This document shows positions 27,728 through 37,385 of a stretch of DNA of 64,000 bases, one piece after another. The notes below the pieces were generated by a model that was not told where the DNA came from, searched no databases, and saw only the letters and a program-made list of their open reading frames with translations. The stretch covers positions 222,456,001 through 222,520,000 of the forward strand of contig OZ024740.1 of the NCBI GenBank assembly GCA_964016885.1, in the 5' to 3' direction. The position numbers and the translations under genes are program-made. The stretch is from Eledone cirrhosa (Eukaryota). Numbering within the stretch: the stretch's first letter is position 1; every line of letters starts with the position of its first letter.

Positions 27728-27926
27728 ATGAAGGTCAACCAAAAAGTTAATTGGCTCACTATGAAGGATTAATGCTAGAGCTGTGAAATCTAGTACGCAT
27801 AAATTTCAATTCCTCTTCTTAATAATTACATTGTTTTTTTCTAGGAACTATGTTGAAAAATAAACCTCATTTGGTTATACCAGAAGAGTATCTTGGTCAG
27901 CCTATGAACATTTCAGCCAACCTTCA
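27728..27926. mobile_element. mariner-derived MITE (second copy)
   Basis: Homologous to 18118-18302. Confidence 0.65.
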
Positions 27927-28129
27927 TTGCATAGTCTATGTAGAGGTTTTCTAGACTTTCTAACTGAAGATCATCAAGCTGATATTCAAGATTCTGAAAT
28001 GTTTTCTTTAATTCTTGGAATACAAAAATTGTTTTCACCAAAATTGTTTTCAGTAGCCACAAATGAAACAATATATTTTAATATACTATATATATATATA
28101 GTATCAATAATATTAGTATATATTAATAC

Positions 28130-28162
<33 letters not shown>

Positions 28163-28285
28163 GAATATAGACATAGAATATTCGAAAATATTCTGTATGT
28201 TTATAATAAACATTTTGAAGACCTAATCGCTATAGAATAGAATACGTCACGTATTACAATTAGATTCTCGATAAAAGCAAGGGAA

Positions 28286-29878
28286 GTAATCTACGCGTTT
28301 CATTCTCGTTAGAAATCATCAGGACTACATATCCAGTGCTTTTATCGAGAATGACACAGCTAGAGACTTATAGAATACTTAGCTGTGTACAGGAACTGGT
28401 TTGAAAGAGCGGTTGCCGGTCCGGCAGAAATTAGAAATTGGAATAAATGCTCTGAAATAGCGATATATATGTGAATATAGACATAGAATATTCGAAAATA
28501 TTCTGTATGTTTATAATAAACATTTTGAAGACCTAATCGCTATAGAATAGAATACGTCACGTATTACAATTAGATTCTCGATAAAAGCAAGGGAAGTAAT
28601 CTACGCGTTTCATTCTCGTTAGAAATCATCAGGACTACATATCCAGTGCTTTTATCGAGAATGACACAGCTAGAGACTTATAGAATACTTAGCTGTGTAC
28701 AGGAACTGGTTTGAAAGAGCGGTTGCCGGTCCGGCAGAAATTAGAAATTGGAATAAATGCTCTGAAATAGCGATATATATGTGAATATAGACATAGAATA
28801 TTCGAAAATATTCTGTATGTTTATAATAAACATTTTGAAGACCTAATCGCTATAGAATAGAATACGTCACGTATTACAATTAGATTCTCGATAAAAGCAA
28901 GGGAAGTAATCTACGCGTTTCATTCTCGTTAGAAATCATCAGGACTACATATCCAGTGCTTTTATCGAGAATGACACAGCTAGAGACTTATAGAATACTT
29001 AGCTGTGTACAGGAACTGGTTTGAAAGAGCGGTTGCCGGTCCGGCAGAAATTAGAAATTGGAATAAATGCTCTGAAATAGCGATATATATGTGAATATAG
29101 ACATAGAATATTCGAAAATATTCTGTATGTTTATAATAAACATTTTGAAGACCTAATCGCTATAGAATAGAATACGTCACGTATTACAATTAGATTCTCG
29201 ATAAAAGCAAGGGAAGTAATCTACGCGTTTCATTCTCGTTAGAAATCATCAGGACTACATATCCAGTGCTTTTATCGAGAATGACACAGCTAGAGACTTA
29301 TAGAATACTTAGCTGTGTACAGGAACTGGTTTGAAAGAGCGGTTGCCGGTCCGGCAGAAATTAGAAATTGGAATAAATGCTCTGAAATAGCGATATATAT
29401 GTGAATATAGACATAGAATATTCGAAAATATTCTGTATGTTTATAATAAACATTTTGAAGACCTAATCGCTATAGAATAGAATACGTCACGTATTACAAT
29501 TAGATTCTCGATAAAAGCAAGGGAAGTAATCTACGCGTTTCATTCTCGTTAGAAATCATCAGGACTACATATCCAGTGCTTTTATCGAGAATGACACAGC
29601 TAGAGACTTATAGAATACTTAGCTGTGTAGAGGAACTGGTTTGAAAGAGCGGTTGCCGGTCCGGCAGAAATTAGAAATTGGAATAAATGCTCTGAAATAG
29701 CGATATATATGTGAATATAGACATAGAATATTCGAAAATATTCTGTATGTTTATAATAAACATTTTGAAGACCTAATCGCTATAGAATAGAATACGTCAC
29801 GTATTACAATTAGATTCTCGATAAAAGCAAGGGAAGTAATCTACGCGTTTCATTCTCGTTAGAAATCATCAGGACTAC
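28286..29878 (-). ncRNA. six tandem type I hammerhead ribozymes (cores 28286-28328, 28596-28638, 28906-28948, 29216-29258, 29526-29568, 29836-29878)
   Basis: Minus strand GTAGTC-CTGATGA-T TTCT aacg AGAA T-GAAA-CGCG-TA-GATTAC. Confidence 0.88.
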
Positions 29879-30079
29879 ATATCCAGTGCTTTTATCGACA
29901 TACAGAATATTTTCGAATATTCTATGTCTATATTCACATATATATCGCTATTTCAGAGCATTTATTCCAATTTCTAATTTCTGCCGGACCGGCAACCGCT
30001 CTTTCAAACCAGTTCCTGTACACAGCTAAGTATTCTATAAGTCTCTAGCTGTGTCATTCTCGATAAAAGCACTGGATAT

Positions 30080-30742
30080 GTAGTCCTGATGATTTCTAAC
30101 GAGAATGAAACGCGTAGATTACTTCCCTTGCTTTTATCGAGAATCTAATTGTAATACGTGACGTATTCTATTCTATAGCGATTAGGTCTTCAAAATGTTT
30201 ATTATAAACATACAGAATATTTTCGAATATTCTATGTCTATATTCACATATATATCGCTATTTCAGAGCATTTATTCCAATTTCTAATTTCTGCCGGACC
30301 GGCAACCGCTCTTTCAAACCAGTTCCTGTACACAGCTAAGTATTCTATAAGTCTCTAGCTGTGTCATTCTCGATAAAAGCACTGGATATGTTGTCCTGAT
30401 GATTTCTAACGAGAATGAAACGCGTAGATTACTTCCCTTGCTTTTATCGAGAATCTAATTGTAATACGTGACGTATTCTATTCTATAGCGATTAGGTCTT
30501 CAAAATGTTTATTATAAACATACAGAATATTTTCGAATATTCTATGTCTATATTCACATATATATCGCTATTTCAGAGCATTTATTCCAATTTCTAATTT
30601 CTGCCGGACCGGCAACCGCTCTTTCAAACCAGTTCCTGTACACAGCTAAGTATTCTATAAGTCTCTAGCTGTGTCATTCTCGATAAAAGCACTGGATATG
30701 TAGTCCTGATGATTTCTAACGAGAATGAAACGCGTAGATTAC
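30080..30742 (+). ncRNA. three tandem type I hammerhead ribozymes (cores 30080-30122, 30390-30432, 30700-30742)
   Basis: Same motif on the plus strand; predicted cleavage after 30116, 30426 and 30736; middle copy has a stem I A>T change at 30392. Confidence 0.88.
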
Positions 30743-30895
30743 TTCCCTTGCTTTTATCGAGAATCTAATTGTAATACGTGACGTATTCTATTCTATAGCG
30801 ATTAGGTCTTCAAAATGTTTATTATAAACATACAGAATATTTTCGAATATTCTATGTCTATATTCACATATATATCGCTATTTCAGAGCATTTAT

Positions 30896-30954
<59 letters not shown>

Positions 30955-30961
30955 TATATAC

Positions 30962-31012
<51 letters not shown>

Positions 31013-31019
31013 TATATAC

Positions 31020-31090
<71 letters not shown>

Positions 31091-31459
31091 GTATCAACAG
31101 TATTAGTATATATTGATACTATATGCATATATATATTCAGAAAACAATGAAGTTTCATTTACATGTAGTTAGATGTTTATTGTGTTAGTGTATATATATA
31201 TATATATCTGTAACTTTTTAACCCCATGATGAAGTTTTGTTTGCAGAAACTTGTGTTAGTTTCAAAATGCATCGATTCTTTGGTGCTTTTTATACATAGT
31301 ATATAACAGCTCTGCATGAAACCCATCACATTGAGCTTCTAACCTTCTGGTACTAAACTTAGTAATAATAATATTATTATTATCACTACTATATATATGT
31401 ATATATATATATAAAATAAAATATATAAGTCAAATGTTGAAAATTTGGCTTCGTTTATT

Positions 31460-31514
31460 ACTGCTATATATATTTCAGTGACAGCCATTTTGGGCTGTGA
31501 CCTCTTCAGGCAGT
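31460..31514 (-). ncRNA. hammerhead ribozyme in the inverted Penelope terminal repeat
   Basis: ACTGC-CTGAAGA-GGTCACAGCC caaaat GGCTGTCACT-GAAA-TATATA-TA-GCAGT. Confidence 0.8.
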
Positions 31515-32284
31515 CCGAATTAGTGTGGTAGAGACAAGTACACATGTTGTTGAGGTGTTTAACTTTCTCAATACTCTGATATGCCCAGTTCCTGGTTGGG
31601 TTGTTATTTCACTGAGGAACTGGAATCATATGAATTTAAACAAATGAATTTCAGCGTCAGAGGACATCTTCTCCTCTCATTGGTCAGTTGTGAGAACATT
31701 CCTCAGTCAGAAGTCTATAGATATTCGTTCTGAGGTGAGGCAATCTGTAGTGGTTGTTATTGTTGTTGTTAAGTACATCTGACCTCTACTCTTATGTTCG
31801 TAGTGGTGTTGGTGTTGGAGTCAGCTCAAAAAAATGATAAAGTGGTAGAAGGAATAAGATGGTAAAGGAACAAAATAAAATAATCAAATAAAATGTGTGT
31901 GTGTTATACCCAATCTCAATGTTAGAAAGATTTATAAGGTCACTCCTCCCATTGGTCAGTTTTGAGAGCATTCCTCAGTCAAAAGTCTATAGAAATTCTT
32001 TCTGGGGTGAGGTTCCTTGTAGTGTTTGTTTTTGCTATTGTTAAGTACATCTGACCTCTACCCTTATTTTGGTAGTGGTGTTGGTGTTGTGGTCAGCCTA
32101 TGTCTTGCTGCGGCTGACATTTAGAAGTATCTGTGTGTGTTTGTTCATCCATCCTGCCACCATTTCTCGTGGTGGTGGTGATGGGCGGGGGGGGGGGGGG
32201 GTCTGCCATGTATATGAAGAAATAGAAGGCATTAAAATTAAGAAAAAAGAAAAATATATAATAAATAGAAAATAAATGAAAAAT

Positions 32285-32495
32285 TAATGAAAAATGAAAA
32301 ACGAAAAATGAAAAATGAAAAATGAAAAATGAAAAATGAAAAATGAAAAATGAAAAATGAAAAATGAAAAATGAAAAATGAAAAATGAAAAATGAAAAAT
32401 GAAAAATGAAAAATGAAAAATGAAAAATGAAAAATGAAAAATGAAAAATGAAAAATGAAAAATGAAAAATGAAAATTGAAAAATAAAAATGAAAA
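32285..32495. repeat. (TGAAAA)n microsatellite within the PLE 3' UTR; shorter counterpart at ~35495-35560
   Basis: Direct inspection. Confidence 0.95.
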
Positions 32496-33300
32496 TTCAA
32501 ATAAAATAAAATGTGTGTGTGTGCTATAACCAGAAAGTTGTTGGATAAAGTGGTAGGAGGAACAAGATGGTAAAAGAATAAAACGAAATAAGATAATCAA
32601 ATAAAATGTGTGTGTGTGTTATAACCAATCTCAACTTAAATAGAAGGCAATAAAGTGAAGAAAACGGAAAACAAGTGAAAATCAAGTAGAATAAAATGTG
32701 TGTGTGTTATAAAGATCTTGCCCGCATTAGAAAGGCTGTGTCAGAATCAATCTCTAGGCTATCATGGTGTCTGCTCAGCTTGGGTGGGTCTCTATGGCTT
32801 GAGGGGAGTTCCTCACCTATGGTGTTGTTACTGCCCATATAGCTTGAGGGATGTCTGGCCGAGTGGTGTCTACATGTTCTGGAGAAGTCCCTATAGCTTG
32901 AGGGGAGTTCACTTCTCAGTGTGTTGCTACTGTCCATATAGCTTGAGGAAGGTGTCTGCATGTCCCGAAGAAATCGGTTCTGAGTTTTATCAGGCGGCTT
33001 CCACCTCTTAGAATCTCGAGGGTCTCATTCAGACATAGTTTGCATATGCCAGATCACCCTTTATCGGGTGGTACTTTTCTAATTATGGACCAGGCCAGAG
33101 AGTGCGGGATCCTGTCCAGCTTAAGCTTGCAGATCAGGTCGGAAAGAGACGTACTTTTCCTTTTGGTCTCCTTATTGAAGGAACGGCGATGGTTTTACCA
33201 ACGGTCTTTAAAGCTCGTTGATGTGGCTCCTATGTAGAGGTGTTCGGTGTTGGGGGTTTTAACCCTAGATCCGTATATTCGGTTCTTCTTAAGGCATTCA

Positions 33301-34995
33301 TTACGATGGGCTTCAGCACAGGTAACGGACATGATTGGGCTCTTCCTGCTGAAGCAGATAAAAGATGAAATCCCTGTCTGGGCCGCGGATTATATCGTGA
33401 CGATGCTCTCTTCACAGTATATGACCACAGCACCACTATGTTGGAGGGAATGAGGAGGCGTATTCGCCATTTCTTTATGAACCAGGGGGCTCAGTATCGA
33501 ACTAGTCCCAAATAGAAAGGTAGTTAACTTCCTAGACACCACCCTAAACCTGAACACCGAGTAATACTACCCCTACCACAAGCCCAACTTGAAACTTTTG
33601 TATCTTAACGCCAAGTCAAACCACCCTAGATCCATAACCAAGGCCGTGGTTAAGAGTGTCTCGGACAGGATCTCCAGCCTGTCCGCAAATAAGGAAATCT
33701 TCGATAACAACGCGGAATATTACAACGCAGCTCTAAATAAGGCGGCATATGGCCAAAATATAACATATAGTCCGAGACGCCGGGATGGGGATGGCCCAAC
33801 GGACACCCACATTCGCGTTTTCCGGGAGGGGGCGCACCCTAACAATACAGGCAGAACAGAAACAAATAAGCACCATGAGCCCGACACCACCACACGGGCG
33901 ATGGTGACGAGTACGCTTAACCATAAGAAGAAACCCAATATGAGTAGCAGTCTCAGGGGTGATGCTGACCACCCCGGGCCCGACGACCCCAACCGCAGGA
34001 CACGTGTGTGTGTGGAGGGGTGGGTGGGTGGGTGGGGAGGGTAACGGGGGACCACCCCACAGTGGATCTCCCAGCGCGGGCAACGACCACCCCACATATT
34101 CGGGCTGTGAAGACAGCAAAACGCATAGCGCCCAAAGGGGAACCAAGAATGCTGGAACCACCAGCTACCCAACAACTCTCCAATAACTCACGACGCCCCC
34201 AATCCACCCATATAGGAGTAGACGCAGAAAAATCACGTGGTACAATCCACCCTACTCAGCGGCCGTAAAGAACAGCTTGGCCCGATCATTCTTTGGAGCA
34301 CTTGATAAATGCTTCCCGAGGGACCATAGATATCACAAGATCTTCAACAGACACACTGTGAAGCTCTCGTATTCCACCACGAGAAAACTGCCCCAACACA
34401 TAGCTAGCATCAACAGGAGTAGGCTTAAAAACCACACACAAACAGAAGATGGCAATATAAGCACCCAGCAGAACCACGTGGAAGGAGGGAAGGAGAGACC
34501 CAGTGCCCACCCAAGAAACTCAAACAGTCCCGGGGACGCCCCACCATGCTCGGGGAAAGAGCACCATGTAACACGTAACGGGAACCCTACACTAGGCACG
34601 CAGAGTTCGACCACCCTCTGCAACTGCAGAAACCCGAATCATGCCCCCTTAGTGATGAATGCCTTAAGAAGAACCTAATATACGGATGTAGGGTTAAAAC
34701 CCCCAACTCCGAACACCTCTACATAGAAGTCACATCAACGAGCTTTAAAGACCGTTGGTATAACCACCACCATTCCTTCAATAAGGAGACCAAAAGGAAA
34801 AGTACGGCTCTTTCCGACCTGATCTGGAAGCTTAAGCTGGACAGGACCCCCGTACTCTCTGGCCTGGTCCATAATTAGGAAAGTACCATCCGATAAATGG
34901 GGATCTGGCATATGCAAACTCTGTCTGAATGAGATTCTAAGAGGTGGAAGCCGCCTGATAAACCTCAGAACCGACTTCTTTGGGACATGCAGACA
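33301..34995 (+). pseudogene. PLE RT C-terminal half, linker and GIY-YIG endonuclease, frameshifted
   Basis: ORFs 33589-34044 and 34277-34678 plus flanking frames carry the motifs listed for the element. Confidence 0.85.
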
Positions 34996-36334
34996 CCTCA
35001 GTGCCGGGACCTTCCTCAAGCTATATGGACAGTAGCAACACACTGAGATGTGAATTCCTCTCAAGCTATAACGACTTCTCCAGAACATGTAGACACCTCC
35101 CGGCCAAACCCCCCTCAAGCTATATGGGCAGTAACAACACCATAGGTTGGGATCTCCCCTCAAGCCATAGGAACCCACCCAGGCTGAGCAGACACCATGA
35201 TAGTCTAGAGATTGATTCTGACACAGCCTTTCTAATTTGGCCAACATCTTTATAACAGACACGCATTTTATTCTACTTCATTTGTCACTCGTTTTCTGTT
35301 TTCTTCACTTTATTGCCTTCTATTTAAGTTGAGATTGGTTATAACACACACACATTTCATTTGATTATCTTATTTCGTTTTATTCTTTTACCATCTTGTT
35401 CCTCCTACCACTTTATCCAACAACTTTCTGGTTATAGCACACACACACATTTTATTTTATTTGAATTTTCATTATTTTTCAATTTTTATTTACATTTTTC
35501 ATTTTTCATTTTTCATTTTTCATTTTTCATTTTTCATTTTTCATTTTTCATTTTTCATTAATTTTTCATTTATTTCCTATTTATTATATATTTTCTTTTT
35601 TCTTAATTTTAATGCCTTCTATTTCTTCATATACATTGCAGACCCCCCCCCCTCCCGCAACACCCCACCTCCACCACCACCACGAGAAATGGTGGCAGGA
35701 TGGATCAAGAAACACACACAGATACTTCTAAATTTCAGCAGCAGCAAGACATAGGCTGACCACAACACCAACACCACTACCAAAATAAGGGTAGAGGTCA
35801 GATGTACTTAACAATAGCAAAAACAAACACTACAAGGAACCTCACCCCAGAAAGAATTTCTATAGACTTTTGACTGAGGAATGCTCTCAAAACTGACCAA
35901 TGGGAGGGTGACCTTACAAATCTTTCTAACATTGAGATTGGGTATAACACACACATTTTATTTGATTATTTTATTTTGTTCCTTTACCATCTTATTCCTT
36001 CTATGACTTTATCATTTTTTTTAGCTGACTCCAACACCAACACCACTACCAACATAAGAGTAGAGGTCAGATGTACTTAACAATAACAAGAACAATCACT
36101 ACAGATTGCCTCGCCTCAGAACAAATTTCTATAGACTTCTGACTGAGAAATGTTCTCACAACTGACCAATGAGAGGAGAAGATGTCCTCTGATGCTGAAA
36201 TTCATTTGTTTAAATTCTTATGATTCCAGTTCCTCAGAGAAATAACAACCCAACCAGGAACTGGGCATATCAGAGTATTGAGAAAGTTAAACATCTCAAC
36301 AACATGTGTACTCGTCTCTACCACACTAATTCGG

Positions 36335-36389
36335 ACTGCTTGAAGAGGTGACAGCCAAAGATGGCTGTCACCGAAATATATATAGCAGT
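36335..36389 (+). ncRNA. hammerhead ribozyme in the Penelope 3' terminal region (core C3>T)
   Basis: ACTGC-TTGAAGA-GGTGACAGCC aaagat GGCTGTCACC-GAAA-TATATA-TA-GCAGT. Confidence 0.75.
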
Positions 36390-36555
36390 TATAAACGAAG
36401 CCAAATTTTAAACATTTGACTTATTTATTTTATTTTACATTACTCCGGAGTAACGAAACCAACCTGCGCACTTCGTCGAGTGCTCCAATCTGCATACTGA
36501 GGTGTGGTATACAACCAACATATACTCAAAATCTATATATAGTTATATATATATC

Positions 36556-37385
36556 AGATAGGGTGTGGTAAGATACCTGGTGGACCATTACACACCAGAG
36601 TACTAGATACCTGTGGTAGTAGAGTGAGTAATATGAACAGATTCAGGACCCCAACGGCTGAGCTCCGGCTGTTTTGACAGCTAGATCCAAACTAAAGTGT
36701 CAGTATTTCAACGGTGGGAATCTAGCTGAACCTATCAAGGGGTACAGTCCATATATGGGCATACAGTCAAAGCAAAAAAATCTTAAAGATCTATTGTTTT
36801 TTTTTCTCCAGGAGTGGTTAGTGATCTGGGGAGGGAGGAGGGTTACCTAAGTTCAAATGGCTCGTCTAGTCCTGTTAAATGTCGTGAATTTTATTTATTA
36901 CATTCTTAACGGCGAGGGGCTAGAAAGGCCAAAATGCAAGAGGAAAAGGTTAGTAGACTAACTGACCTGAAAGTGCCAGGCCAGTCAGGCACACACTCAT
37001 GCTATTAAGAGAGATTTTATCCTTATTAACTATTTCCAATTTGTAGAAATGTTATTTTGCTAAACATCAATTCATGAGGGAAAAAAAAACCCAACGCGAA
37101 AAAATATAAATTTATATTTTCTATCTTTGGTATTTATTTTGCCTCTTAAACCAGCCATTTGATCTAAGGAACCCACCCCTCTCCCCGATTACTGACCACT
37201 CCTGGAGAAATAAAAAAAAACAATAAACCTTTAACATTTTTTTGTTTTGACTCTATGCCCATATATGAACTGTACCCCTTGATATTTTCAGCTAGATTCT
37301 CATATTCGAATACTGCCACATTAGTTTCAATCTAGCTGTCAAAACAGCCGGAGCTCAGCTGTCGAGGTCCTGAATCTTTTCATAT
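36556..37385 (-). mobile_element. fold-back element (~230-bp inverted arms plus ~75-bp one-sided tail) with decayed HHR-like motif
   Basis: Arms ~36630-36860 and ~37155-37385; the tail is homologous to 51656-51718. Confidence 0.7.

Larger units (their letters stand above)
28161..30900. mobile_element. retrozyme-like tandem array of 310-bp hammerhead-containing monomers in two head-to-head blocks
   Basis: Unit starts at 28161, 28471, 28781, 29091, 29401, 29711; inversion at ~29898; inverted block 29899-30900 has the same period; one HHR per unit; (TA)n on both sides. Confidence 0.9.
31413..36535 (+). mobile_element. Penelope-like element: 5'-truncated direct copy (33301-36535) preceded by an inverted copy of its 3' part (31413-33304)
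   Basis: RT GLYRDD and VNFLDTTLNL, SNHP, WYNPPYS, CNCR..CPL linker, GIY-YIG region (FKDRWYNHHHSF, CKLCLNE, FFGTCRH); ~1.8-1.9 kb inverted arms. Confidence 0.9.

Noticed and set aside
28161-30900. Ordinary centromeric-type satellite or coding repeat
   Set aside because: Short, dispersed-style array with an inversion and a complete ribozyme per unit; no ORF of note. An assembly artefact is not fully excluded, but unit-specific substitutions and distinct ends argue against it.
31215-31265. Hammerhead-like catgatga...gaaacttgtgtta
   Set aside because: Core is altered and stem II does not pair convincingly.
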